Shown here: positions 27,225 to 41,267 of the stretch, in pieces
Layout: each line of letters begins with the position of its first letter
How positions within the stretch are numbered: the stretch's first letter is position 1
DNA from: Octopus sinensis
Taxonomy: Eukaryota
Reading direction: 5' to 3'
Assembly: GCF_006345805.1 (NCBI RefSeq)
Contig: NC_043000.1
Coordinates: 100,192,001 to 100,256,000, forward strand
Length of the DNA: 64,000 nt
Made by a program: the position numbers and the translations under genes
The notes under the pieces: generated by a model
Database searches by the model: none
What the model saw: only the letters and a program-made list of their open reading frames with translations
What the model was told of the DNA's origin: nothing

Positions 27225-27390
27225 ACACACGTATAGTTTGTGTTTGCTTGTATGCGTGTCTTTGTATGTGTGTTTGTTCTCTAACAGCTTGACAACCAGT
27301 GTCGGTTCGTTTACTTCCTCGTAATCTAACGATTCAGCAAAAGAGAGCGATAGAATTAGTACCAAGCTTAAAATAAGTCCCAATATAGAT
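27225..27390 (-). mobile_element. SINE internal fragment
   Basis: Reverse complement of the family seen at 12020. Confidence 0.6.
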
Positions 27391-27857
27391 TTGTTTGACA
27401 AACCTTACAATACAGTGCTCCAGTATTGAAACTAGAAGAAGTGCCGTCAGAGAAGGGTCATTGACCATAACGTTTACATGTCCTAATCTAACATTAGTGG
27501 GATCAATCAGGCTATTTCAACGAACAGTGCAAATATCTGTAGAACAAACGTCTGCGGGGAAAAATATAGTTGGAGAAGAAACCAGACGTCTGATACTAGT
27601 CACCTCATAATCAATTTTAAATGTATTAGTCTATCAATAGGATTGTTTGCATAGTAAATACATTTGTATTTCTAATATTGATAGTTGTTTTATGAAAGAC
27701 TTCATTTCTTCGCTCAGAAGAACATTATAACCTGTGAAGACATTACAGTTATTCTACTGTCTGTTATTGCAGCCAAATGACATATTTATCTACAAGTACA
27801 CACACGTGCGTCCATACATAGATACAAAGGCGCATAGGTACGTAATACACACACACA

Positions 27858-27912
<55 letters not shown>

Positions 27913-28205
27913 TATATATATATATATATATATGCTTTTATATAAGTAGATATAGACGGATATTAATACACAGCGATACGCACATACAGACATGAATACA
28001 TATCTACTACATATATAGATGTGTGTGCGTCTGTGTGTGTATGTGTGCGTGTGTGTGTGTGATAGTGGAATTATTTCCCATTATTCAAACTGCGTATATA
28101 TTCGCACGAAACTTATGATGTCGGACTATTGAATTCTTTTAAAATAAATTACTTAGCTATTCATGCGATGTTGAGAACTCATTCTTTCGGTTCGTCACTA
28201 ACGTG

Positions 28206-28244
<39 letters not shown>

Positions 28245-28344
28245 TGTGTGTGTGGTGTGTGTGTGTGTGTGTGTGCGTGTGTGTTTAATTCAATATTTTG
28301 GGGTAATAACCTTATAACGTACTTTCAAAAGCCCATCTCCGGGT

Positions 28345-28570
28345 ATCGGCTACCATATGCTATCATACTCTAGGACTTCTCCTTTTACTGGATATACATC
28401 TGGAGCAGCATGACGTCACCCTCACTGGAGACACGCCCAAAGATTATCACTGTCTGGGAGAACTTGGTTTCATGTTGTCCATGTCACGTCTTACAGCCTT
28501 TGCAGCGTTCACAGAGTAGTGAGCAGCAGTCATGATGTTGGCTTTTTGATACCTGGCGCGAATCATGACG
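28345..28570 (-). mobile_element. Internally deleted IS630-Tc1-mariner transposase remnant (maT/rosa-like)
   Basis: Minus strand gives MIRARYQKANIMTAAHYSVNAAKAVRRDMD, then TKFSQTVIIFGRVSSEGDVML. Confidence 0.6.
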
Positions 28571-29273
28571 ATACATATAACCCTTAGCTCCCCGTTCGCT
28601 CACTTATTTTTTTCTCAGTTGCAACTTCAACCTTTATGCTCTCCAACACCGTTGACTGTTTACCAAAACATCAAGCTGCTCCTGAAAAAAAAAAAGGTGT
28701 GACATAAAAGAATTATCAAATTTAGCCCGAAAAGCTTGTGTGTATATTTGCACGTTAGTTTAACAGACAGGTACTCAATATATAAGAAATTCTATGTGCG
28801 TGTATGAGTGGTCGTGGCATCAGTATCATCACTGCTACTGCCCTCAGCAAACATATATCTTCATATAGATTACTATGCAGCATCAATAACTTAATAACAA
28901 TGTTAAACAGTAGTTTTTATTTTTTCAGTTTATCTGAGCTATCGTTTGATAATAATAGATATTTTTATTAACAATATTAAATGAAATATCCGTCACTCTT
29001 GTATTAAACGTTATCAACAATATTGTTAGAGAAAATATGAAAACAGGTGATAATATGTTTTGGGCTATCAACACCTGTCTGCATACAACTGCCAGAACTC
29101 TGAAACAACTCGTAGGGGAAACCAAAAGACCACGTGTTCATGAACTAACTGGACGTAAGCTATCCAGCGAAAATGTTTGCAGAAAATCTTACAACACAAG
29201 CTATTGCCTAACGTCTCTAATTTTTTAAAAAACTTTTAGATTCAAAAACTTTCCCTCCCTTCAGTTCCTGCTG

Positions 29274-29917
29274 TTGTCTTCTTCTTCTTCTTCTTCTTCT
29301 TCTTCTTCTTCTTCTTCTTCTTCTTCTTCTTCTTCTTCTTCTTTTTTTTTTTTTTTTCTTCTTCTTCTTCTTTTTCTTTTTTTTCTTCTTCTTCTTCTTC
29401 TTCTTCTTTTCTTCTTCTTCTTCTTCTTCTTCTTCTTCTTCTAATCAGAACTCACGCCATTAGTCACAAAGAATAATCTCTAATTCGAGCCTATCCTAAG
29501 CTACTAAGAATGCTTGTGGCAACTTGAAGATCCACCCACCACACGCGATAGACTGGCGATTGCATGGGCGCGAAAGCTTCGTTGTTATCTTCATTCCGTA
29601 AACGGTGGCTTTTCACGGGTGGAGAGCTGAACTATCCTGGGCTACAGAGGATTCGCAATCTACACTAGGATCTGAAAGTTTACCACACCATAGTGGATTA
29701 CACCATGGTTCCTCTGTTTTGTGGTAGAAGTAGGAAGAAAGAGTGAGAGAAATTTTTGGTGAAAGAGTACAGTGGGGTTCACCCCATTCCCGACGGAGCT
29801 TCGTGGAGTTTAGGTGTTTTTGCTCAATAAACACTCACAATACCCGGTCTGGGAGTCGAAACCGCGCTCTTGCGACCGTGAGTCTGCTGCCCTAACCACT
29901 GGGCCATTGCGCCTTCA
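29274..29917 (-). mobile_element. ~480-bp tRNA-head SINE with an expanded (GAA)n tail
   Basis: Minus-strand head ggcgcaatggcccagtggttagggcagc...ggtttcgactccc. The body runs into (CTT)n at 29274-29441 on the plus strand. Confidence 0.6.
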
Positions 29918-30099
29918 CTCCTGCTGCTGTTATCCACTTCCAGTGCTTTCTTTCACGGTTTTGATAGCCCACCATCTTTATGTTTCGCACAGTCAAATTG
30001 TTTGGTAGAGCCTTTAAGGCATATATATAAACACCTTGGTGTATGTCGAGAGTTGCTTGATGTAAGGTATCGTATGTACATTAAATATTCCGAGAGGTA

Positions 30100-31010
30100 A
30101 TATTTATCTCTACTTGAACGTGGATGTTCTGTTGGAACAAACTATATTGCTGTAGTTACTATGAGAAAAAACTCTCATATTGGCTTTTGGTGCGAAATGC
30201 ACTCTTGTTAATATCGCTGGCTGGGAGATAAATCTCCGTCACCTACCTCTGTCACTAATAAATATTAAGTATTCCTTCACAAGTTCCTACACCTGGTCTA
30301 AAACTACTTTGCAATTGATTTATTTCTTCATTCATTCTAGATAAAATTCTTTGATGGGAAACTTTTAGTAATATTTTAATCACATGACTCATGAATCATA
30401 TGCTTCTAAACTCTGTGTTGTCTCAAGCTTTTGGTTTCTATGGTATTAGAACAAAAATAGATTGTTTCATATTGGTTGGTATAAATCCACTCCCATATAT
30501 TACATGACATAAGTCAGTTATTAGATATAGTCTTGATTATCTAATGCTTTTAATATTCCGATTGGTATTTCATCTACTCCAGTTGCCCCAATTTTCATTG
30601 CATTTATTGCTTTTTCTACTTCTTTTAAGATTGAGCTTCCATTAGCAGCTTTACAAAATTAAGCATAGGTCCTCTATTCTCTCAATCGTATAGCATTTTT
30701 ATGTATTTAACCTAACTTGATACGTTCACGAGCAAACAGTATGCTTCCATTTTTGTCATTAATGTTTCTGCTTTGTTTGGTCATGCATTTTCTGTTTGTG
30801 ATCTCATCTGTTTTATATATTTCTTTGGCTTGATCGTGCTTACTAAGGTTTTCAACTTCTTGGCATTGATCATCCGACCGTTTGGACTTTGCTGTTTTAG
30901 ATTTCAGAATCAACATTATCAATAAAATATACACCATAAACCCGGATTTCAGAATAGGGACTTTAGCACACCTATTACCTGCATACACAAAAATGTTACC
31001 ACACTCATGT
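30100..31010 (-). mobile_element. Highly decayed RTE-clade LINE fragment (endonuclease-RT linker and RT start)
   Basis: DDQCQEVENL...KNGSILF; SILKEVEKAINAMK.GATGVDEIPIE; QSSFRPGVGTCEGILNI. Confidence 0.6.
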
Positions 31011-31703
31011 TATTATAAATGATTGATAGTCTCATGACTTAAACAGGTGAAACGTGTACTTTTCAAACTTTATTCTGTTTAGAGCTGTAACGAGTTGTCT
31101 TAGGTTTTAAGACACACGCATACACACACACGCATGCATACACATAGGTGCCCATGTGTGTGTGGGGGTGGATGGATGGGTGAGACCCCCAGATGCACTT
31201 CATAGGTTCTGTCGGGAGATATTTTCGCAATTAATCACCACCCTCTACTATATAGGATGGGGAAAACTTGTCAGTCATTTCTACCACTTTCATTACTCCA
31301 ACCTCTAGACAGGCAAACAAAAGCTATGTCGTATTAAGAATCTTAATAATGATGCTCAATGAAACGTCTTCAGCAAATATAAATAAATCCCAACTAATGC
31401 CGTCTAAACTCAAACATAATTTATCCGTTTAACAAATATGTGTGGTCTGTTATTCAAGCATGGCTGTGTTTAAGTATTTTGCTTCTTAACCATGTGGTCA
31501 AATGTCATCTGTCATTGCTTCGATTTAATTAATACCTTGAGAAAGGAAGTTGGTTGAGGGGAAGTGCATGGAACAGTGTTATATATACGTAACACAGATT
31601 TCTTTATTATCGTGGATTACTATGATTATCCGATCAGAGTAAACTTAGTATATATATATGTGTTTGTATGCGTACATTTGTATGTCTGTACGTGAGTATA
31701 AAA

Positions 31704-31749
<46 letters not shown>

Positions 31750-31974
31750 GTATGTGCGTGTGTATATATATATATATGATTGTGTGTGTGTGTGTGCGTG
31801 GTGTGTATGTGCGTGTATATATATATATATATATATATAATTGTGTGTGTGTGTGTATGTGTGTGTGTGTGTGCGTGTGTATGTACGTGTGTATATATAT
31901 ATGATTGTGTGTGTGTGTGTTTATACATATAACACGGATTATCACGTCGTTAGATGACGTATAAGGGTTCTGCA

Positions 31975-32232
31975 ATTTCTTGTCGAACAACTACATAGAT
32001 GTTTTGTTTATAATGATCAAATGTTTGTGTTCACGTGAGCTCACTCCCACCATCAAATCGACATTACCTGTACATGTGCACGACTTGCCACTTGTAAGAT
32101 GATGAAATGATCGTAGAGCAATGTGAAAGGAAGTATTTTGCTCAAGACCACAACGCAACGTCCGACTAGGAATGGAAACCACGCTCTCGTAGCTGTGAGT
32201 GCGACACCCTAACCACTAAGCTATGCACCTTC
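31975..32232 (-). mobile_element. tRNA-head SINE (CORE/Meta-like)
   Basis: Reverse complement of ttagtggttagggtgtcgcactc...tgtggtcttgagcaaaatact. Confidence 0.75.
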
Positions 32233-33693
32233 ATACACACACACCCACACACATGAATGATGTATATCTTTCAGTGATTTACGTCAGATATGAAACTGTA
32301 AACCGAAGTTTTTCGAAGGAACTCCCTTGTGATATCTATTACATTCGAATTGCCCCCAAAGATTTTTTCTTACTCTCGATATAGAAAATATAACACAGAT
32401 GAGTGATTGAACAGTTGGAAATCTATAAGCAGCGATACTATTGCTTACAAAAATACCATATAAAATATAAATAAGCAATAAGATAAGTGTGACCTTCCTT
32501 AATATTAGTGTTAACCTGCGAAGCAGAGACCAGGTGGTGAGAGATATATAAATAAAATATCAAGCATGAATATAAAACGTGGGGTCATGATGACCGAAAA
32601 GCGTTGATGATATGATAACAAGGCCCGTGAATATTTTGATATTTGATATCCACAGCAGGGATAAAAGAAAAAACAACACACAAAATAACCGACGAACTAA
32701 AAATGAAAGAAAACTCGGAAATAGGTGGGGGCGGAAATCCACATTTCATGGGAGATTTATCATTATAATACTCTTACTCTAAGTTTATATGTAAATGTAC
32801 ATATGCACATGCATGCATGTACATAAACACATGCATATGCATATGTATATGCATATAAATACACATACATATATAAATGAATGTTTGAATGTGTGGAGAG
32901 AGAAAGAGAGAGTAAATAGATAGATGCAACTCTGTGTGTGTGTGTGTGTGCGCGTACGTGCGTGCATGCGTGCACGCGTGTGAGTGTATAAATGGTTCCT
33001 ATTACTGTCTTTGTTAGTGAATATCACTCCAAGAATCATTGCATAAAATAAGCTAGGGATAAACGGGATTCCGATTTCCTATCGTTCATCTCTAGAATTT
33101 TCTTTATACTGTTTTTAATGCGTAGGAGGTGCACAGGGATTTGTATGTATGAGATAAAGATATTGCATAACTTCGACAGCGTTTCATACCGTCGGTTAGC
33201 AAAACACTTCAGCAGAATGGAAAGTCATGGTCAGACTCTATATGGTGTAAAATCCAGTAGATTACTGATTATAGTCTGTCACACGATAACCAGTAATCTA
33301 TGAAGCGCTTATTCAGTTTGAATTTCTTGAAGAGTAATTTAGGCTTGAGTTGGCAGACCGAAATTAATTTTTATCTGAGACTTGTTTCAGTCATTGGACT
33401 GCAGCCATGCTGAGATACCGCCTTGCAGGGTTTAGCCTAACAAATAGACTCTAGTACTTATTTTTCAAAGTTTGATAGTTCTTTTATCAGTCCGTTTAGT
33501 TTGTATGTATGTATGTCATTATTCAGTTTATTTCAAGATTTTTTGCCAAGATAGGAAGAATCGGTTTCTATCCCAGATCTAAGGCTCCTTCATTGGAATT
33601 TCGACATCAACAACAGGGTATTTTTGTTCGTATGTATGTATTATGTATGTATTTCTACAACACTTTATGGCTGTTTCTTTCGTCTATTTCCAG

Positions 33694-33813
33694 ACCGTAC
33701 CCGGAGTTAGTGGTGAGATTAAAGAAATCAATGGGTTGATGGTCGATGTTCAAGATAATTGTGACCCGGGGAACAAAGACTCGTGCAGTCCAGGCTATTG
33801 TTGTGTCAAAGAG
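33694..33813 (+). CDS. Internal coding exon of a prokineticin/astakine-like secreted Cys-rich protein: TVPGVSGEIKEINGLMVDVQDNCDPGNKDSCSPGYCCVKE
   Basis: Pyrimidine-rich acceptor tttctttcgtctatttccag|, 120 nt open, donor GAG|gtaact (phase 0). Supplies Cys1-4 (C-X7-C-X4-CC) and a signal-peptidase-like site VSG|EI. Confidence 0.85.
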
Positions 33814-34014
33814 GTAACTGAAAACTTTTCTAATTACATTTTCTCACACATTCATGCACAGGCATAAGCACGCGCACGCACACAATGTATGTATGTATAT
33901 AAATATGCTTATATGCACTCCATCGACGAGTGTTCCAGTTGATCCAATGAACGGAATAGTCTTCTAGTAACATTAAAGTAAATGTGACTGAATACTCCAC
34001 AAACACAAGTACCC

Positions 34015-34228
34015 TTAATGAAGTTCTCAAGGAGATTCAGCGTGACACAGAATGTCATAAAGCTGGCCCTTTGAATTGTAGCTAATACTCATTTTTTGCC
34101 AACTGAGTGAACTGGAGTAACGTGAAATAAAATGTCTTGTTCAAGGACACAATGCGCCACCAGGAATCGAACTCACGACATTACGATCGTGAGCCGAATA
34201 CCCTAACCACCAAGCCACGCGCCTTCAC
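34015..34228 (-). mobile_element. tRNA-head SINE (CORE/Meta-like)
   Basis: Minus strand gaaggcgcgtggcttggtggttagggtattcggctcacgatcg...gagttcgattcc...tgtccttgaacaagaca. Confidence 0.8.
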
Positions 34229-34373
34229 ATGTAGATTTATTCTCCAACAGAAGCCCGTCTCTTTCATGTTTTAGATTACTGAATCGACAATCTAAAGCCT
34301 GAAAGAGACGAGTTTCTGTTAGAGCCCCACGAAATTGTAAGTCGCATGGCGCCGAATCAAACTGTTTAAATAG

Positions 34374-34436
<63 letters not shown>

Positions 34437-34439
34437 CCA

Positions 34440-35081
34440 GAAGCTGAATGCAGTTTTCATGAAGAAATCTCACCTCATCTTCTGGCAGTGAATGAAGCCA
34501 TTGAAAGTTACTTCCCAGGATTGGATGACCGCTGTACTGATGCATGGATCTGTAGACCCTTTTCTGCGAAGGACAGTGCCAACTGATGTTGCTGTGAAGG
34601 TAGAATTTCTTCAAACTCGTGAATATACTCCGTTGAAAGTCAATTTTTCTGAACAAGAGCTTCCGACATTTTGAGCGAAACTGAAGGACGACTAACATCT
34701 TCTTTCAATGTGTACACTGACCTTGCTGATCCAGTCGCCTTCGACCTATCGCTTAGGGCTGGATTCTCAATAATGATGGCCCTGAAAACGAAGTAGGCTT
34801 ATGATTGACGCCGATATGAGGTGTTGTCTATCAATCATTGCTCATCGCTTTGGATGTACTTAAGGCTGCAAAACAATATCAACCCTCCCACTAAGTGAAT
34901 GAGTAGGTTTTGTATGATGTTTAGTAGTTATTTATAACATTTTCTATAAACTAGAATCATATAGTTTTGACTTATCTCACCATTACGCAATGTTAATCAT
35001 TGCAAAATTTATTATAGGGGTCACGGTAATACCCTGGAGAGTCTCAGTGGGTAAGACGATGGAAAAGTTTAAGAACCACTG
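34440..35081 (+). mobile_element. hAT (Buster/Charlie, ZBED5/FAM200-like) transposase 3' remnant with right TIR
   Basis: NEAIESYFPGLDDRCTDAWICRPF; MMALKTK..DADMRCCLS..KQYQPSH*. Terminal aagtttaagaaccactg is the reverse complement of a CAGTGGTTCT-type TIR. Confidence 0.8.
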
Positions 35082-36394
35082 ACTTAGATGATAGGTTCCG
35101 TGAGCATTTATGAGTGACAATAACAATGCCCGGATTGATCTCGAACCCATACCTTGTCACTTTAACTTGTCTGGTCATTTTACTGTCCACCTCCCTGTAG
35201 CTGCAAGAAAAATCTCAAAATATCTTCTCTGCGATGAATGAATATTTGCCTCAACTTCCTATGATTTTTTTTTTCCCTTTTCCCAAGCTCACTTCAGAAG
35301 TCGCAATCATTCAATTCTTTTAATTACGAATATTCTATATGTACTATATGAATATATGTATATATGGATGGTTACATAAGCGTGAGTATATGTTCGCAGT
35401 GGTGTTTTGAGTATATATCTCTATATATGCATTTGTGCCTATCAACATATGTAAATGCGTATTCGCGTACACATGATCGCATTCCTTCTTGGTGCATCAG
35501 CTGCATTTGTATACATTTATGTGTGTGTGTGCGTGCGTGCGTGTGTACGTGCGTGTGTGTGTGTGTGTGCACGCGCGCGTATTCACAATCTCTTTTGCTA
35601 CATCTGGTTAGATATTTCATTTATTTAAAATTACGTTTCAAATATTACACTTTTATAGGATGAAAATGACAGATTGAAAGTTTGGACGAGCTCTCAAGAT
35701 TCTTTACGTTTGAACATTATTGCAAGTAATTTAAAATAACCAGCTGTTCTTGCAACTTTTCTATGGTTTAGACTTATCTATAAAATCTTTTGCGCATACT
35801 GGGCATTGTAGGGTTAAAAATATTCGTTAGCTGTCTTTCTGCTGAAGTAAATCTATTTACGGTTTCTCTTTGTTTCCCGATTGTCCGTCCTCTCTTTACT
35901 TGAAGACATAACCTTTTCTGTTCACCTTGTCCTTGTCATTGTTTAGTCTCATGTCAACTTTGGTGGAGCAGATTAATTATTAAAGACGTTCCAGATGTAA
36001 CCCTCTCGTCTGTTTTCTCTCTTTGCAAGGAACTCAGGATCATATCAGATAATGTGGGTTGTTCTAGGGCAGTGGGGTGTGGTTTGAAGGAGATTTGGCA
36101 GCTATTTCCAACAAATCGAGTAACCGCATAAAAAGTTCCCTCGCTGTTTATGTTTACCTTGTTTGAAACGCCCACACTTTCTACTTTCTACCAAATTCAT
36201 AACTTCTCCCGCTTTCATTCAAAGTCGATCTCGGCGGAATTTGAACTCAGAACGTAAAGATAGACGAAATACCGCTAAGCATTTTCAAACTCCTGATACT
36301 TTCACACTCCTCGTGGCCTCTTCCTTCATTCCTCATATGAACTTTAACACGCCTCCCTCAGTTCAACTCCATGGTTGCCATTTTCTAACCAAGA

Positions 36395-36950
36395 GTCCAC
36401 GTGTCACCGAGAATAATGAGTACAAGTTCTTGTGGGATTTTACAATCCAGTGTGATTCAGAGATTGATGATCGGAGACCAAACATCGTTTCGGTTTATAA
36501 AATGATGAAGGAAACCGAGATCATATTCTTTTCTACTCTAACCACAAGGCCCGAAATGTTGTGGGCCTTGTTGTGAAGGGGCCAGTCGATTAGATCGATC
36601 CCTGTACGCAAGTGGTACTTAATTTATCGACCTCGGAAGGATGAAAGGCAAAGTCGACCTCGGCAGAATTTGAACTCAGAACGTAAAGTCAGACGAAATA
36701 CGCTAAGCATATCGCCCGGCGTGCTAACGTTTCTGCTAGCTCGCCGCCTTCGAGATCATAGATATTGAATGTACGACTGGATGATAAAGAATTGGAAAAG
36801 ATTGAGAAGCATAAGGCACTAAAAGATGAGATTGTACGAATGTGTTTGTAGGAGTATTAGGAGCATTAACAACCAGGTTTTGAGAAATTTGTTGGAAAAA
36901 GTGGGAAGCACATGAGAGTAGAACATGCCTAGAAAACTGCTTTTATTGAG
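36395..36950 (+). mobile_element. R4/Dong-like RLE endonuclease fragment interrupted by a SINE
   Basis: ENNEYKFLWDFTIQCDSEIDDRRPNIV...KETEIIDI...EKIEKHKAL; the reading resumes after the SINE. Confidence 0.7.
36526..36750 (-). mobile_element. Full tRNA-derived SINE with a 10-bp TSD (cgagatcata)
   Basis: TSD at 36516-36525 and 36751-36760. Minus-strand head aaggcggcgagctagcagaaacgttagc. Confidence 0.9.
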
Positions 36951-37697
36951 GACAGCAGGTTGTTGCTCACTCTTACAGAATTAGCGGGAGCAAGTGAAAT
37001 CGAAAGCTCGGTGAGGGGAAATATATAAACTGCTATAACAATAATAATAATTACAGATGACGATTGCTGCTTCGTTACTAGGGGTGAGGCACGTTAACAT
37101 TACATGATTTCACTAGGTCAGACAAATATTTTCCAATGTGCCACACGCACACACACACACACACACACAAATACACACCCACGCGCTATCATCAAATCAC
37201 ACACTGCTACTGCCACCCGATGAAAGCCTGTATAACACTAGATCTCAAATAGACGTTTGACGTCAGTTGTCATTAAGAGATATCGTACACCACGTGAAAG
37301 AGAATTTTCGGTATTGAATGACATCGGTGAATTATTACAATATTTGATCAATTATAAATCGATTTCTCTTTGAACTGATTCAGACAGTCTCCTCATCCTT
37401 TTGTGATATGTCGTTCAATGTCTAATGAGATGCTATGCAAATCAGCAATAATAATACCAATATTGAAAACAACAGCATCAACATCAACGGTTGTGGCAAC
37501 AACAAAAGTTATAACGGTGACCACGACAGATATAAATGACAAGCGGATAATAACGACAGCAACAAGTGGCCTTTCAAATCCTCGTAATATTCCAAGATTC
37601 ATACATATATATTAATCAACCTATTCATTTCTATGTCTGATTCTTCACACATACACACATAATACACACACACAACAACAACAACAGCAACAACAAC

Positions 37698-37728
<31 letters not shown>

Positions 37729-37757
37729 TAATAATAATAATAATAATAATAATAATT

Positions 37758-38313
37758 ATGCCCTGATGCAGTACCAGGCAGTGGCTCTCATGGCTTCTGA
37801 TCTTAACTGATTGGAAGTTTTATCATGTACATTGTTTTGTCTTGGTATAAAAGATGGGCTACAGCAAATATTCTGCTCAATACCACAGATTTGCTTGTCA
37901 GTTGTTTGACCTTAACCAGTTGAGCATGTCCCTTAGTGGCTGACGATATGTGCATCTCTGATCACGAGCAGAAGTAGTGGGGGAGCATCATAGCCATGTG
38001 TTGAGAGGGATTCTTTGGGGTTTGAATAATTCACCTCTGGAAACATGGGTGGTTCTTTCAACATCCTTAAACAATCCTTATTCAGGGACCTTTTGAGCGG
38101 GATGGGCTACTCAACCTGAAGAAATTTCTAACTGGGCCCCACCTGCAAGGTCATGTGCTGTTTATCTTGATACGAGATCACCATGTCGCGCACATATGGT
38201 TGTGATGCATGTGCCTGGTGTACCTTTATCAGACGGGTAGTCATGATGGGTATATTGGGCTTCGTATATTTTACCCCAGTGTCACTTTGATGGCAAGCAC
38301 TGCTCTCTCACTC
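37758..38313. mobile_element. ~555-bp non-coding interspersed element embedded in (AAT)n
   Basis: Higher-GC unique block bounded on both sides by (AAT)n, with no ORF in the track. I recall it as a common octopus repeat (not verified). Confidence 0.5.
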
Positions 38314-38356
<43 letters not shown>

Positions 38357-38386
38357 GATATTATTATTAGTATTATTATTATTATT

Positions 38387-38424
<38 letters not shown>

Positions 38425-38592
38425 TATTATTATATGGATATTTGCATGTTTATATATGGGTGTATGTGTACGTGTATATGATGTTTCTGTGTGTTTATAT
38501 ATATATATATATATATATCAATCTATCTATATATAATATACACTCACACACAAAGTGATACAGTAAGATACATATACATGCTTATATGTATG

Positions 38593-38644
<52 letters not shown>

Positions 38645-38911
38645 ATATATATATACATACATATATATACGCACACACACACACATATATATACAAACAT
38701 ATATATGTATACATATATATACACATATATATACATTTATATATGTGTATGTACTTAACTTTGTGTGTGTGTGTATATTATATATATTTCGACAGTTTAG
38801 CATTTATGTGTTTACCTGTGTTCACACACACACACACACATACATACATACATACATACATACATACATACATACATACATACATACATACATACATACA
38901 TACATACATAC

Positions 38912-39720
38912 AAAAGTCTCTCAGAGGATACAAGACACTGGAAACATTGCGTGTCTGCAGCGGGAATTGAACGCAATATACAGGTGGGCTGAGGAAAATA
39001 ACATGCAGTCTAATGCCGGAAAATTCCAAACACTGCGCTACCAGCATGAGAAACTCAATGAAAAGCAGACAGGATGTACTAACCCAAGAGAGACTGCGAT
39101 TCATAAACCAAAATCAGTGCGCGAATTGGGCATCGACAAGCTGGCAACAAAATGCAGACAGTTGGCTGGATTGATCTTTCGAACTTTCAGAACGAGAGAA
39201 CAGGAAACCCTGATGGTCCATTTGTCCTCAGCCGTTTAAATTACAGCTCCCAGCTATGGTCACCACACAGTGTAAAATTAACGACGTAACTCGAAGCAAT
39301 CCAGTGAAGCTACACAAAGAAGATCATCTCAATGCGACATGTCAGTTTTTGGGAGAGACTTACTAAGTTAAGACTCTACTCCCTAGAACAAAGGCGGGAA
39401 AGATACGCAGTAATATATATCAGGAAAATCCTAGAACTGATACCAAACGTTGGCATTGTCAATTGCACAACCAACAGGACGGGGCGTCACTGCATAGTGC
39501 CAAACATCCCAATATTGCCACCAAGGTACAGAATCAGACACTGCAACAGCTCTTTAATATCCGCCCACAAAGCCTAAGAGACTTACATGGGATCGATGTA
39601 GGTGTCCTCAAAACAACTCCGGGTCCCCTTCTGTCAAGAGCCCCGGATGAATCTACCTCGCGGCAAGTAACGCAGATGAGAGCAGCAACATCAAACTCCC
39701 TCATTGACCAAGTGTAGCGA
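38912..39720 (+). mobile_element. CR1/L2-group LINE RT C-terminal fragment
   Basis: LQRELNAIYRWAEENNMQ.NAGKF; SVRELGI; YSSQLWSP; WERLTKLRLYSLEQRRERY. Confidence 0.8.
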
Positions 39721-40007
39721 AGCAAACGGTGATACCCAAGCATTGCCGCAGGTCTCGGACTGCAACTAGAAAAGGCATAAAAATCCATCCACCCATCCAT
39801 ACATACATATATACACACATACACACGCACACACACACACACACACGCATACACACAAACACACACACGCCCGCACACAAATAACCACACGGACAGACAC
39901 ACACACACACAAGCAGGCACGCACACACACACACACGCACACACAAACACACACACATATGCATATATATATATAAATATATATATATATTCGCATTGTG
40001 CATGTAT

Positions 40008-40079
<72 letters not shown>

Positions 40080-40199
40080 CAGATAGATAGACAGACATAC
40101 ACACACACGCCCGCACAGAAATAACTACACGGACAGACACACACACACAAGCAGGCACGCGCGCACACACACACACGCACGCACGCACGCGCACACACA

Positions 40200-40238
<39 letters not shown>

Positions 40239-40549
40239 TTATATTTATAAATAAGGACTTCATTATGTTTCTGGGAGATGACGACATAGATATATATATA
40301 TGCATCTATTCCCTTTATCAGCAGGCTGGTGGAAAGAAGCGGTTCAACATTTTCTATTTCACATCCACCTGCAGCTGCCATAAAGCAAAATATGAAGTAT
40401 ATTATATGCAAAGACGAAATACAAATTTTCAACACAAAATTCCCAAAGATTAAATCATCTACATCAAAGTTTTCTCTAAATTTGAATTTTAAATTAAAAT
40501 TTTAGAAATATCTTATTTTTAGAAATAATTTAATTTTAGAAATATCTTA

Positions 40550-40760
40550 TTTTTCACTTGTTTCAGTCTGCGGCCATACTGGAGTAGCGCCTTGAAGACT
40601 TTTAGTCGAATGAATAGACCTTTCCCCCAGTAATTATTATTTTTTTTTTCAAGCTTTTTCGGTCTATTTTACAGAACCGATAAGTTACGGGAACGTAAAC
40701 ACACGAACACCGGCTGTCAAGCGGTTACGGAGTGTGGTGACGAGCACAAACACAAAGACA
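40550..40760 (-). mobile_element. SINE 3' half
   Basis: Reverse complement of the family at 12020. Confidence 0.65.
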
Positions 40761-41267
40761 CATAGATACAATATATATATATTGAGAAAAAAAGTAAACT
40801 AAGTTGGCATCTCAACGACTGTAATAAACAAAATTCTTTGGACTGGAAAATTGTCAAGATCGTTCCCTTATGATAATGGTAAATCATTCTGCTCTCTTTG
40901 TACGGACGAACAATTTTTTATCCATTTTTCCAAACAAACACTTGTTAACACCTATAAACAAAGTGTTTACAGGTGTTTACATTGGAAAAAAACAATTTCA
41001 GCCATTTCAAATAATATCTGCTCCCTTTTACCTAATAACATCAGTAACTTTCACTTTATTAATTTCAATCCATACATCCCATTCGTTTCTTTAACATTTC
41101 TATCCATCTGTCATTCACCTTTCTATTTGGTTAGTCCTTCATTACTTCTTTATTTTCCTTTCTCTCTTTCCTCTCTTCCGCTCTCGTCTTATGACGTCAA
41201 ATTTCTTAACGGTTTTTAAAAGTTACTAGCGTTCTCTATCCACCTTTTGCTTTTTTATATATTATAA

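Noticed and set aside
28411-28418. TGACGTCA CRE site as a promoter signal
   Set aside because: It lies within decayed transposase coding sequence (EGDVM). The second CRE at about 26582 has no other promoter support.
39868-40190. 240-bp-period duplication within (CA)n/(GATA)n
   Set aside because: Ordinary slippage or unequal-exchange duplication in microsatellite sequence.
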